Below are positions 12,150 through 24,879 of a stretch of 64,000 bases of DNA, in pieces. Below the pieces are notes generated by a model, which had not been told where the DNA came from, ran no database searches, and worked only from the letters and a program-made list of their open reading frames with translations. The stretch covers positions 47,616,001-47,680,000 of the forward strand of contig CM097887.1 of assembly GCA_044892525.1 (NCBI GenBank), read 5' to 3'. The position numbers and the translations under genes were made by a program. The stretch is from Schmidtea polychroa. Lineage: Eukaryota. Each line of letters starts with the position of its first letter. Position 1 is the stretch's first letter.

Positions 12150-13450
12150 ATTTATAATTTATATATTACTCGTTGTAAATTATAATTTTATAATCCAAGT
12201 TTATATATAATCATCTATAATTGATATTTTGTACGTAAAATGAAATCGTAACCATCAATATACCTATATAATTTATAATCAACTATTTATAATAATCATT
12301 TATAATTTATATTTTGTGAGTAAAATGTATTCGCAACCATTTATAGATTATCTTTCTATGGACAATATACGTTTATAATTTATATACAACCATTTCTACT
12401 TTATATTTTATAATCAAAATTTTTACATAATTATTTATAATTTATACTTTTATAAGTAAAATTTATTCGTAACTATTTATAGATTATATTTTTATGATCA
12501 ATATCCGTATATAATTTATATATAACTATTTATAACTATTTATATATAACTATTTATACTTTATATTTTATAATCAAAATTTTTTATAATTATTTATAAT
12601 TTATATTTTTATAAGTAAAATTTATTCGTAAATATTTATAGATTATATTTTTAGGATCAATGTCCGTATATACTTTATATATAGCTATTTATAACTATTT
12701 ATATATAACTATTTATGCTTTATATTTTATAATCAAAATTTTTATATAATTATTTATAATTTATATGTTTATAAGTAAAATTTATTCGTAACTATTTATA
12801 GATTATATTTTTAGGATCAATATCCGTATATACTTTATATATAACTATTTATAACTATTTATATATAACTATTTATACTTTATATTTTATACTCAAAATT
12901 TTTATATAATTATTTATAATTTATATGTTTATAAGTAAAATTTATTCGTAACTATTTATAGATTATATTTTTAGGATCAATATCCGTATATACTTTATAT
13001 ATAACTATTTATACTTTATATTTTATACTCAAAATTTTTATATAATTATTTATAATTTATATGTTTATAAGTAAAATTTATTCGTAACTATTTATAGATT
13101 ATATTTTTAGGATCAATATCCGTATATACTTTATATATAACTATTTATATATAACTATTTATACTTTATATTTTATACTCAAAATTTTTACCTAATTATT
13201 TACAATTTATGTTTTTGTAAGTAAAGTTTATTCCTAACTATTTATAGTTTATATTTTTAAGGTCCAAGTATATATAGGATTATATGTAACTATCTATAAT
13301 TCATATCCCTAATTATGAATTCATACGTAACTATTTGGAAATCATATTTTCATGGCCAAAATTTTTGCACAATCATTTGTAGATCGAATTGTATAATCAA
13401 GATACATCGGTAACTTACCTATAACCATTTATATGTTATATTTTTAAACT
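12150..13450. repeat. AT-rich tandem satellite, ~160-bp unit, inside the LTR
   Basis: Anchor GTAAA(A/G)TTTATTC at about 12456, 12615, 12775, 12935, 13071, 13221 (spacings 159, 160, 160, 136, 150); degenerate flanking copies. Confidence 0.85.
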
Positions 13451-15657
13451 CGGATTTGCATAAAACTATTGATAAATTATATTCTTATAAAATTTTGGGT
13501 ATCATTCTTTATAGATTGTAGTTTAATAATTTCCCATAAGTATTTATACTCTATATTCTAAATTCAGTGTTATATATAACTATTTATAAAGGATATTTCT
13601 GTAATTAAAATTTTATGTATAATTATTTTTAGATTGTATTTGTATAATTAAGATAACCACTTATCATTTACTCTTAATACTCGAGATAGAGTTACCAATT
13701 ATAGGTCGTATCTTAGGTTTAAGGCCTATATTGTATTATCATCGTGCATATATAATCTATACATAGCCGCTCATATATATAAGCCAGGGTTCGAACTTAG
13801 CATAAGATTATATTTTATGAGATAATCTAGAATTCACGGTTATAGGATGTTTTTAATTTACACTTTATATACAAATTCTATTTTGCAATTTATAAATTTT
13901 TCTTTTTATAAATAATCTATAGTTATAATTTTAATTGATAGGTACTTTATAGTTGAATGGGCCAATTTATAATGGAACAGACATTCACATCAAAAATTTT
14001 ATTTTATAAATTAAAAAGACTTTATCGATAATCATTTAATTGATGATATTACATTCTTTAATAACACTTCTGTAATATTGATTCATAAGGGGAAAACTAA
14101 AGAAGTTAGTTATCTTTATAATATGACCCTAACTCCTGATCGATTCGGATGTTGGCAATGCTACATTTTAATCCTGAGATGAAAATACATACTATTCACT
14201 GGGGTTTTTTATACATGATTGAATCTATCCCATCCTTTACGCTTGTCGAAATTCGAGGTGTTATCATCGTAATTAGATCCGAGAAAATCCATACACCTTT
14301 ATAAAAAAAATTTTTATTTACTAACGATGTTCGTCCAACGCCTAAGTGGAGAGGTCCCAACCGACTACATTAACTGAATTGTAATTGCTGTGTTTAATTT
14401 GGGTCTGAGATCTACTCAATTATGATCCTAGTGGGAAGTAGTGTGTGAAATTTTTAATGTTGATTTTAAATGTGTACTACATTGGAACTCGGGAAGAATG
14501 CTTGCTTACACGGCCCCACTGTGACCACTACGACAAGCCCTATTGTAATGTTGAGTCGAAACATCACTGTCGACCGATAAATAAATATATGGAGCCATAG
14601 CGGAGGGGTTTTATCGACACAACTCCATGGTAGAACCATGAAGTGGCCGACCTCCGATGACTGAACGAAAAAAAATATATAAGAGATATTGCCTGTCTGC
14701 ATGTGAAATCGTTATTTGAAAATCAATATTAAATGCAGGACTAATTAGAGACGCACTAAGACGCCGCTGATTAGTCAAAAAAAAATAAAAACAAGTTAGG
14801 TCTTGAGAGGGTTAAAATCAATTAAAATCATTAAAATAATTTGCATTAATAAATCATATAAAAATATTATTATTAATAATGAAAATGATGAACATCACTC
14901 AAAGAAGAAAAACTACTTACTGTTAGTTTTCTTGACAAAATTTTTGTTCACAAAAATATTGGCATAAAAGTGATTATTGTGACTGAAACGTGTCAGTATA
15001 TATACCTATTTTATACACGTGTATGTATTGATGCATTAAAACAAACTCGAATTCTTTTTATTCCAGAATTTTCTATTTTGCGATTTTGATATTTTTAACG
15101 GCAATTTTCGTGCCATAATTTTTGTTTTTATTTCTAAATTTCAAATTTTTAATTATTTTTCATTAATTTTACGTTCATGATGGATTTGGAACGGTTCCAG
15201 AACATTCTATATCACTTTTAATTTAATTTTTATTTTAATTGATGTTTTATGAATTTCTTTTTAAGAATTTTTATTTTTATTACTAATTTATTTATTTTTC
15301 TAACTTTTATTGTTTAAGGTAGCTTTTATGATGGTCATCGCCATTTTTATGGAATGTTCTGGGTTTTTCTGGAATCTTTTACTGTTTTTATCATCTTTTA
15401 AGTTATTCGAGTTTGCTTTTGGTAATTCTATGTTTATTTGGTTATTTTTGAGTTAGTTTTTTGCATAACTTCTTGCGCTTGTATAATTTTATTTAATTTC
15501 TGTGTTTATTTTTTGCTACTTTCTCCTTTAATTACCATTGTTTATTTGGTGTAGGTTTTAATATTTAACTATACTTGGTGCTTTTTTACTTGCTGTGTAC
15601 CTACACATTTCAGTCACAATTAGTATTTTGGGTCTAGAAGTCAGTTCTAGCCCAACA

Positions 15658-16382
15658 GTAGTAACAATAACAAAAAAAATTTTTTTGGCATAAAGATTAA
15701 CTTGTGACTAAAATGCGTCGGTATATATACCTATTTTGTACACGTGTATGTATTGATGCATTAAAACTAACTCGAATTCTTTTTATTCCAGAATTTTCTA
15801 TTTTGTGATTTTGATATTTTTAATGGCAATTTTAGTGCCATAATTTTTGTTTTTATTTTTACATTTTTATTTTCTAATTATTTTTCATTAATTTTACGTC
15901 CATGATGGATTTGGAACGGTTTCAGAACATTCCATATTACTTTTAATTTAGTTTTTATTTAATTGACGTTTTTCTGAATTTCTTTTTACGAATTTTTTAT
16001 TTTTATTACTAATTTAGTTATTTTTCTAACTTTTATTGTTCAAGGTAGCTTTTATGATGGTCATCGCCATTTTTATGGAATGCTCTGGGTTTTTCTGGAA
16101 TTTTTTACTGTTTTTACCGTTTTTTAAGTTATTCGAGTTTGTTTTTTTGTAATTCTATGTTTATTTGGTTATTCTTGAGTTAGATTTTGCATAACTTCTT
16201 GCTTTTGTATAATTTTATTTAATTTCTGTGTTTATATTTTTTGTTGTTTTCTCTTCTAATTAATATTGTTTATTTGGTGTATTTTTAATATTTAATTATA
16301 CTTTTTGCTTTTTGCATGTTATGTACCTACGCATTCCAGTCACAATTATAGTTTGGGTCTAGAAGTCAGTTCTAGCCCAACA
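15658..16382 (-). repeat. Extra ~725-bp copy of the LTR 5' end (U3 incl. TATA) in tandem with the LTR
   Basis: Second TGTTGGGCTAGAACTGACTTCTAGACCC start at 16382; high similarity to 14950-15657 and to 163-880. Confidence 0.85.
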
Positions 16383-16920
16383 GTTTGGATTCTGAAAAAC
16401 TATGTTGCAATACAAATGACAAGACCATATATACATTATCATTCGCTAGGTGGTGGATACGTAGATAATGTCACATTTGGCATGAAATTGAACCATAATA
16501 ATTATTATCATTGTTGGTTTTAAATCATGTGCTAATAATTTTCAATTTTAAATAACATTTTAATGCTAAATTATGTTGATGATCTTGGCTTAATAATTAC
16601 TTTGGAAAATTACATCTTTAAAATTTTTTTTTCTGATTTGGCGACCCACCTGGAAGGATCCCGCGCCTCACAGGTTGGAAAACGCTGTACTATTCGAAAG
16701 AACTTGAAAAATTATTAACTCAACAATAAATACAATAACAAAGTCGCTTGGTAAAAAAATTCGTACAATGTTTGCTGAAATGAAAATAACGCTTTCAAAT
16801 GTATTCATACGAAATCAAGTATTGCGGTTTATCATGTTTTTATCATGTGAGTATATTATAATCATCTAAAGTTTAAGTTTCAACTCTCATTATGGGATTG
16901 ATAGATCGAGGAAAATTAAT

Positions 16921-17308
16921 TACCGTATTTTTTGGCACACTTAAAACCCTTTCATTTTCTCAAAAATCGACAGTGCACCTTATAATGCGGTGCGCCTAAT
17001 GTATGGTTGTGCTTTCCGGCCTTGAACCGATTTTACAACAATCTGAAATATAAAAGTTTATAATCTAAAAATAGATGAAGAATTTGATGGATTTTTGGTA
17101 GAGGAATAGAATAAACCGAAAAATTCAGTGTATTGTTTTATTTTTTATAGTGTAACACTGAACAATGTTGAGATTTATTGTGAAATAGTTGAATAAAGTT
17201 TGACTTATCCAAGTTTTGTGTCATTTAATGTGTGCACCTTAGGTATGAAAATAAAACCGTTAGCAGTCGATCAATAATATTGCACCTTATGGTCCGAAAA
17301 ATACTGTA
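16921..17308. mobile_element. pogo/Tc-like MITE with TA ends
   Basis: TACCGTATTTTTTGG... at 16921 and inverted TGCACCTTATGGTCCGAAAAATACTGTA ending 17308; internal GTGCACCTTA repeats typical of this MITE type. Confidence 0.6.
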
Positions 17309-18180
17309 TTTAAAAACAAGACAAAGGTTTTATACATAATATATATTTATAAAACATTGCAATAATAATTGCATAATCGTCATAAATCTTTCAAAATTGA
17401 ACGGAAACTTTCCAATAAATTTTGAATAATCAAAACATTTTCATTGTTTAGAAACAATATTTTGCAATTCCTCATTAACTATAAAGCGATCAAGATCCAC
17501 ATCTGTGTCTTCAACTATCAGGGATTCAAACTCCATTATCTTGTCCTTCATTTGAATATTGTTAATGTGAATCTCTATTGAGATGAAAATATCTCCCATT
17601 TTCTCTTAAATCAAACTGCTGAAATAAATCGAAATACGTTGAATACTCCAATTGTTTGTGCAGTATTACAAATCTCTATGACAAAATCTGTAGAATATTT
17701 ACTGTTTGTTATCAATCAAGTTTGGTATCATAAATATTAATTATATAATTTGCATCATTGAACATATTTGCGTTTTTTTAATTAAACAAATTAAATTGTT
17801 AAATAAAGTGTCAAATTCGTAAGATAGCAAGTTTATCTTTTTATTACTGCTGTTGGGCTGAGTTGAAATAAGAAATTAAGGAAATAAGATAGGTAGGATC
17901 ATAAATAAATAAAAATAAAAAAAAATTTTAAATAAACAAGAATCAGGATACAAAAGAAATAATAAGTTAAGAAATAAGAATTAAAACAAAGAATAAAAAT
18001 AAGAAATTAAGATAAAGGAACAAACTACAATAATAAATAAAATAACACAAAATCCAGTAAGTAATAAGAAAATTAAAGAGATAAATAAAAAATATAATAA
18101 AAATAAGGAAAAAATGAGAAAAGCAACTAAGAAACATCAAAATTAAATTAAATTAAATAATTAAGCGGTACTCAATTTTG

Positions 18181-18214
18181 ATTGGTCCGCACACATAGAA
18201 AATTTATATATAAG
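18181..18214 (+). promoter_or_regulatory. LTR promoter: inverted CCAAT (ATTGG) plus TATATAAG
   Basis: GCGGTACTCAATT..ATTGGTCCGC....TATATAAGC is conserved with 42387-42440 on the minus strand. Confidence 0.6.
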
Positions 18215-19625
18215 CCGAACACTAAAATCAATTCACTCAGTGTTAAAAATACAAAACGTTTAGGTAAGTAAATTTTAAAATTAATTCACTCAGTGTTAAA
18301 AATCCAAAACGTTTAGATAGCCAGCTTACGATCTGTGTTAAAACTTCGACATTTAGCGTACAAAGGACAATCAGAAACATTAAAGAATTTTCGAAAATTA
18401 GAGATTCAATTCACAGTTAGAAACTTCGAGCACAAAGTAGATCGAACATTCAACTCAACCCACGGATCAAACTTTTGACGGAAAACCTTTGGAAAATATT
18501 TTGGTAAAGTTTTATTTAGTATGATTATATGAATAATTTAATTTCAATCTGTAACCTATTTGAGTAAATTTAATGTAATTAAACATTTTCCTCTCTTCAA
18601 TTGATTTATATTAATAATGAACTTTAATAATTTTTATGGTTAAGACATTTTTAATTAAGGTAATAATAGTAGATAATTTTTATAATTTATATATTATTTT
18701 TATGTTTGTTTGGCTTCACTAAAATTTATGAGAAACGTGGAGTTGAAATGTTTCTTACCATGGTGTGAGGGGCCTTCGGGTGCTCAGCCGGTGGGTATGG
18801 AATATTTCAATCACGCAGCTGATTCGGGCCGAAATGTGGGGGCTTCCTCACGGGTCCGTCGCTGAAGATGCGCCTAAAAATTCTTCTAGTAAAGTTCTGG
18901 GAAAGTAATACTTAGTTAGAGTTTAATCGTACAAGAGGTAAAAGTTCGTTAGAAAATTCGCACAGTGATTGGGGATGTCACACAATCGACATATTAGTAT
19001 CGTCTTGCCAAACGAGGGCCATCTTTTTCGTCGAAAAATTCTGTTTTCTGATCATCAGCATCATATTAGGCATACCATAACCCTACTTCAAATTATCCTT
19101 AGAATCTTTGTCATTCAACTTCATGAATTTTATCTCATCTAATGTATATGTTCCACTCAAGTCCATTAGTCGCAAATCTACTTACGATTGAAATAGTTTT
19201 TACAATGAATACGAAAATGCATTTAAAAATAATTAACTACAAAATAACACATGAATATAAAGTTTTATTTCATCAAAACGAATTCACAAAATACCTGTTT
19301 ACAACAACTAGTACATAGATTATTCTTTTCATCGAATTTTTCGTCTAACAATCTTCGAGGCATCATAACGAGAATCCACTGTATCTTCTCCACAAATCGT
19401 CTACACCAATCGGCATTTGATTATCATCAAATGGCCATTGATTTGCATATTTAATATTATAAATATTAACTTACTTATAATAATTGTATGTGTGCCATAG
19501 CCAGAAGGGGCATTGAATTAGCTAGGTGACATTCAATTAGCTCTTACACTATAGAAAGATAGAAAAATCGCTGTTGGAAGAAAAATAAATAAATACATAC
19601 AAACACGGTTCTATAATAAAAAATA

Positions 19626-20328
19626 CACACTATAGGACATTGATTTATCATGCGGACATTCAATTAGCTAAAAGTTTTCCATTTAAAATTAATTAATTAT
19701 AAAAAAATATACAAGAATATGTCAGAAACTTCATCAGAATCGACTATTTCATTACAAGAAATACATAGATGAATGCTCTTCAATAGACGGACGAACAAGA
19801 GCTTCGGTAGATCACGAGTAGACAATAGAATTTATAACAATATACCAACAAATCGAGGTCTCAATTTTCAAAGATGAGCTAATCCATTTACAGTAATATA
19901 TCTTCATTGACTATTCAAATAGAAAAATTGCCATATAATCCATTTTTGAACCCCATCGAAAGTGTTGAGCAAAATTAAAAATGGGGTAAGGACTAAAGTT
20001 TCTTCGGTTGATGGATTTTCCAGACAGATTTACCTTCAATGAATGATTAACTGCAATATCCCAAGCAGTTAACGAGGAACTTTGAAAACCAGATCATAAT
20101 AATTTCAAAAATCATATTAATAATCATATTAAAGATTCTTCCCTAAATTCTTGATATTTTAATAAAACTATGAAAAATTTAATGTATATTATAATAAATA
20201 AATAAATATCTTACTTCTTTATTCATTATTTTAACAAAAAATCTTAAAATTAACTAAAATCCAGAACAAAGCTTATTTGACAAAGCTAAATGAATGTCTC
20301 ATTTATGATAATTAAATGCGCTTTGGTG
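19626..20328 (+). mobile_element. Degenerate Tc1-like DNA transposon remnant
   Basis: 19928-19980 translates to LPYNPFLNPIESV*AKLK (Tc1 LPPYSPDLNPIExxWxxLK motif); weak TA-flanked inverted ends (CATT.A.TTATCAT...GACATTC). Confidence 0.55.
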
Positions 20329-21654
20329 TATATAAAATTCCAGCACAGGAGATGATGACAGCATAGATAATGAGGTAGACTGCAATTACAGACTGTAGAA
20401 TTTTCAGTGAGAACAAAACCATGCGACATGAAAATTTTTTTGTGAGCCCAGCATACCCCAATCCAATTTGGTGAGAAAACTGCATCCGGGGTTAATAATT
20501 AGATAAAACCATGAGAATTCCGATGAGGCTTTACAAACGCAAGTATCAGTAGCATACTAAAAAAAAAAAAAAAAATCAAATTTTATTTTAATAAATCCAC
20601 AGGCCGTATGGCCAAGAAGGGGAGAACTTCTCACCCTTATGAGATCTGCAACTTTTAATTGATTATTCGATGGTACCAGAATTATAAACTCTGGTATCAG
20701 AACGTGTTTCCTCTAGCTCCCTTTTTTCTTTTCGGAGTCTGGATATGGATCGGAATCAGTAGTACGCCATCAGTAGTACGGATCATCCGGAGGCTTTTAT
20801 AACTAGGCTCTGAGTATTGGAGGTCAGCCATTTGCAAGGAGGGCATGATCGTAAATCTAAATAAATAAGTTTCGGGGCAGGAAGGCTCCCATGCGAAGTT
20901 TCTAGCGAGAAATAAGTACTTATTATAATATATATTATAAGGAGTTAGTGAAGGTTGAGGTAGGTATATTAGTATTAATAGTTAATAGAAGTGTTGATTA
21001 TAGTAGCAATAGTATAATAATAATGATTATAGTATTAATAAAAACAACTAAAAAGACCACCAAATAGGCAGAACCCCTACAAGGATTCCTACATTAACCC
21101 ATTCGGTGATTGATATCCACAATTAGTACATTATTATAAATATTGATATANNNNNNNNNNNNNNNNNNNNNNNNNNNNNNNNNNNNNNNNNNNNNNNNNN
21201 NNNNNNNNNNNNNNNNNNNNNNNNNNNNNNNNNNNNNNNNNNNNNNNNNNNNNNNNNNNNNNNNNNNNNNNNNNNNNNNNNNNNNNNNNNNNNNNNNNNN
21301 NNNNNNNNNNNNNNNNNNNNNNNNNNNNNNNNNNNNNNNNNNNNNNNNNNNNNNNNNNNNNNNNNNAATATCAGAAATAAGAGTATTACAGAAATTAAAT
21401 TAAATTTATTATTACTATTAAATTAGTTTATTAGTTTATTTAGTTTATTTATTATTAGATTAGTTTTATTGATAATAGCCATAATACACAAAAATAGATA
21501 GGATAATGCTTTGAGTACGTACTATATAACAATATCTGGGTTTCAAGGTTGGTTTAACCAGAGACATATGAGAGATTTAAGAGGTGAGATATAATAACCA
21601 TAGAATGCGAATAAATAAGAGATGCTTTGGCTACAAAAAATAATATATATATAG

Positions 21655-24600
21655 TTAATTTTTATATATGTGTTGGCGATATATTTGGTAGCTGCTATTG
21701 ATTGCAGCTACACAAACTTTTTTGGCTACCTCCTTTATTTCGTTATTGGATAGGCCAATAATTTTAAGAATCGAATCATTATTTTTGTCCCATGAACCAA
21801 GGGTGCCAATTACGAGGGCGTGCAAGGTGTGTGGGCATTTATGGAGTCTACCAATTTCTTCGCCTAATTCCTTATATTTATTATAGTTATTTTTCCTAGA
21901 GTTATCATACTTTTCTCTGGAATCGAAAGGGACCTTAATGTCTAAGATATGTATGGCTTTATTTCGTTTAGATTTCAGGAGAAGATCAGGTTTAAGAGTA
22001 GAGTTGGTACCTTCGGGTATTTTCTCTATGTCTACCTCAAAGTTGATAGAGATAAGAAAGTTTGCCACGGTTTGTAAGACATTGTCATGCTTATTTCGTC
22101 TTGCATTAATACGCGCTTGGCAATGATTGAAGATGTGTGCAGGTGTTTCTGGGTGAGCATGGCAGTGTCGGCAGAGTATTGACTTATTAGTCTTTAGGCG
22201 GTGTGGAGAGTAATTCAGTTTTAGGATGTTGTTGCGTGCGCGAATAAGGAAAAGGAATTGGGCATCAGGCAGGATGTCACATTTAAAGAAATAGTCCGCA
22301 ATGCAGCTTTCACTAATTGCTTTTGCCATATAACCCTGGCATTTCATCGCACACCAACGTTCAGCATAGATGAGTCCAATAATAGAGTGTAGTTTGGCTG
22401 ACGTTTTATCTACATTACCAAGGGAGAAATAATTGATGCGACTCTTGTATTTTATTTCAAGCTGTAAGAGGTCCTCAAGCATTATTATATTGGTTGATAT
22501 ACCATATTGGTGAAGCAGACGTCGGGCGGATTTTTTAAATTTCGAGAAGATGGAGAAAGTTGGATAGCTTTTAGATAGCTGGCCATTCAGCCAAGACAAT
22601 GCGACATTTAGATCTCCCTGTCCTCTAGCTTCAATAAGTTCGGAGGTGATGAGATTTTTAAAGTTAAGATCACTGGAGTTTAATGCCCTAATAAGCTGAA
22701 CGATGCTTTGGATAAGATATTCGTCAATGGAAGATACAAGTCCAAGTCCTCCAAGCTTGCAAGCTGCATATAAGAAATTGTCATTCAGTTGCATTATCTT
22801 ATCTCCGATGGATCTTTTAATACCCTGTTTAATTTGCAGGTCAAATCCATATTGTTGTATTTCAGAGTTACGAAGGATGTTGCGGGGAGAGTCTAGAATG
22901 TTATGGTTTATAACACAGTTTCTAAAGGTAAAGTTCAAGCGAGAGTGGATGAAGACTTTAAAGGCGTTAATTTTTTGCGAAGGATGTAGATGAGAGTTGA
23001 GAATTTTGTTTGTGTCCTGAATTGCAGAGTCAAGTCTTTCTTTGATGCAGTGTTTAGTTTTATGGGAGAAGTCTACCCCTAGATATCTGTACATATTAGA
23101 ATCATCAATTTTTGGTAGGGTTTCGCCGTAGAGTAGAATGGGTTGGTAGTTGCAGTCGTGGTCAACGTGGAAGTATCCAGATTTCGAAGGTTTAAAACGC
23201 AGGTTGACTTTTGTTGCAAGGGAGACAGTAAGAGATAGGGCCGACTTGATGTTGGGATAAGAATCGGATATGAGTACTATATCGTCAGCATATGCAAGGA
23301 TGCTAATGTTGTGATTATGAAAAAGAAATGGATGAGTTTGTAATACACTGCGGAGTATGAAATCAATGGATAGACAGAACAGAGTCATGGACAAGGGGCA
23401 GCCTTGTTTCACGCCTTTATATATTGGTGTATAATCAGATTTTTCTCCCTCACAATCGAAGTAAGTTTGTACATTGTTGTACATGTCTTGAAGAAGAGCA
23501 ATAGTAGTGGAGTGGAGACCCATCCCTGAAAGAGTGTGCCAGATGAGTTCGTGTGGGATTGATCCAAAGGCATCTGCTATATCCAGCCAAACGATATGTA
23601 GGTCAGTTTTCTTACGATAAGAAGAGTCTTTTATAAGGTGTAGGATGAGATTGTGTTCAGCACATCCATCCGGTGCGCAGATAGCTTTTTGATTAGATGT
23701 TAGGAGATTTCCTGTACTGATCCATTCAAGAAGACGGTTATTCATCAGTGAGGCGAATATCCTATAGGCAGTGTTCATTATTGAGATCGGTCTCCAAGAG
23801 TTAGCCTCATGGCTTATTTCAGCTTTACCAGCTTTAAGAATGAGTCGGGTACGAAAGGATTTCCAGCATATTGGTGATCTGGAATTACGAAGGATGTTGT
23901 TACATAAGGCAAGGATGAGCTCAAAGTTAGGAGATATCTTTCTCCAATCGCTTAGGGAGATTTTATCGGTACCAGGGGCAGTATTGTCGAGTTGGCAGAA
24001 GATACTTTTAATGTCATCAATGACAAAGGGAATGATGGTTAATGATTCAGAGAGTGCTGGGTACTGATAGTTAAGGTTAAATGTGCAATCGGAGGTTTTG
24101 CTAGCAAAAAGTTTTAAAATATGATCCATATTTGGTGTATGTGTTTTCATTTGATTATTTAAGATTTTTGAAATTTCCTCTTTAGGAGCAAATTTATATT
24201 TTTGTCTCTTGGTAAATACCAGCTCTTTACTAACCTTATAATTTTTGTGAATAATGTCTGATGCTTTCTTTGTGATGTATTTATGAGGATTAATGCTTCC
24301 ATTAATTCTCTCAATCTCACTTAAGGCAGCATCGCATTCAATTAGATTGTTATTTAGATTAATAATTAGACAATTGATAAATGGTCGGAATTTCCGCACA
24401 TCATCATTTGGCAATTTGCAATAATTATAATTATTTATAGTAGTTTTAATATCATTAATCATATTAGTTACATTAGGACAAGTTAATTTTTTACGTTTAA
24501 TAAGGCATTCGATAAAGTGGCATATATAGAAAGCAGAGTCTGTAGGTACGAAGCAACGAGGGTATGCAGGATTTTGAAGTACAATTTGGACAGGGCTTAC

Positions 24601-24879
24601 AATTTTTTGGAGATCAAGAATGGTTTCGAGGATATTCTGAGCTAATAAGAGGTGGGTAGAGAGGCTATCGTCAAGAAGCGGGTCAATGAGTACAGCAAGT
24701 TTACGATGTTTGTCAAGTAGAAAGAAGAACCAGTTGTCTTTACCATCAGACATGGGCATGATAATCTCATTCCAGTGAGCAAATTCAGAGAAAGGGAAGG
24801 TGGCAAAGAAGGTTACATAGTTATGCTGAATAAGTGCATTTCCTATGAATGGGTCTACAAAAATAGACGAGTTTTTCAA
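21655..24879 (-). CDS. RLE retrotransposon ORF, C-terminal part: Ulp1-like remnant, RT, CCHC, restriction-like endonuclease
   Basis: TAPGTDKI, WRPISI, LDIADAFGSIPH, GVKQGCPLS, LAYADDIVL, YRYLG; CRHC...ETPAHIFNHC; RNKHDNV; KPDLLL...LDIKVPFD. Confidence 0.92.
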   Translation of the reverse strand: MKNSSIFVDPFIGNALIQHNYVTFFATFPFSEFAHWNEIIMPMSDGKDNWFFFLLDKHRKLAVLIDPLLDDSLSTHLLLAQNILETILDLQKIVSPVQIVLQNPAYPRCFVPTDSAFYICHFIECLIKRKKLTCPNVTNMINDIKTTINNYNYCKLPNDDVRKFRPFINCLIINLNNNLIECDAALSEIERINGSINPHKYITKKASDIIHKNYKVSKELVFTKRQKYKFAPKEEISKILNNQMKTHTPNMDHILKLFASKTSDCTFNLNYQYPALSESLTIIPFVIDDIKSIFCQLDNTAPGTDKISLSDWRKISPNFELILALCNNILRNSRSPICWKSFRTRLILKAGKAEISHEANSWRPISIMNTAYRIFASLMNNRLLEWISTGNLLTSNQKAICAPDGCAEHNLILHLIKDSSYRKKTDLHIVWLDIADAFGSIPHELIWHTLSGMGLHSTTIALLQDMYNNVQTYFDCEGEKSDYTPIYKGVKQGCPLSMTLFCLSIDFILRSVLQTHPFLFHNHNISILAYADDIVLISDSYPNIKSALSLTVSLATKVNLRFKPSKSGYFHVDHDCNYQPILLYGETLPKIDDSNMYRYLGVDFSHKTKHCIKERLDSAIQDTNKILNSHLHPSQKINAFKVFIHSRLNFTFRNCVINHNILDSPRNILRNSEIQQYGFDLQIKQGIKRSIGDKIMQLNDNFLYAACKLGGLGLVSSIDEYLIQSIVQLIRALNSSDLNFKNLITSELIEARGQGDLNVALSWLNGQLSKSYPTFSIFSKFKKSARRLLHQYGISTNIIMLEDLLQLEIKYKSRINYFSLGNVDKTSAKLHSIIGLIYAERWCAMKCQGYMAKAISESCIADYFFKCDILPDAQFLFLIRARNNILKLNYSPHRLKTNKSILCRHCHAHPETPAHIFNHCQARINARRNKHDNVLQTVANFLISINFEVDIEKIPEGTNSTLKPDLLLKSKRNKAIHILDIKVPFDSREKYDNSRKNNYNKYKELGEEIGRLHKCPHTLHALVIGTLGSWDKNNDSILKIIGLSNNEIKEVAKKVCVAAINSSYQIYRQHIYKN

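Larger units (their letters stand above)
9338..15657 (-). mobile_element. 5' LTR (family A), ~6.3 kb
   Basis: Starts TGTTGGGCTAG at 15657 and ends AACCCACCA at 9338 by homology to the solo LTR (alternative end ...TACA at 9334); PBS follows. Confidence 0.8.
6135..16382 (-). mobile_element. 5' part of a second giant Gypsy-like element: 5' LTR, PBS, RING ORF, repeat-rich leader (continues left of position 162, beyond the window)
   Basis: LTR followed by a PBS at 9312-9329. Leader block 7713-7760 is homologous to 63493-63540 in the leader of the large element. Leader-like pyrimidine-rich sequence lies on both sides of the solo LTR at 163-6134. Confidence 0.75.

Noticed and set aside
14740-14816. 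piggyBac-like end (AGGG-TTAA; also near 11058)
   Set aside because: No correctly oriented partner end and no transposase; too short to support.
163-16382. Long inverted repeats (163-880 vs 14950-16382) as TIRs of a Polinton or DNA transposon
   Set aside because: The left unit is a TSD-bounded solo LTR and the right unit is an LTR followed by a PBS; they are two opposed LTRs, and no DNA polymerase or transposase lies between them.
16630-16688. hAT/Charlie-like MITE end
   Set aside because: Single short resemblance without a partner TIR or TSD.
18810-18860. Hammerhead ribozyme in the conserved LTR island
   Set aside because: GAAA is present but the CUGANGA core is not conserved between the two copies.
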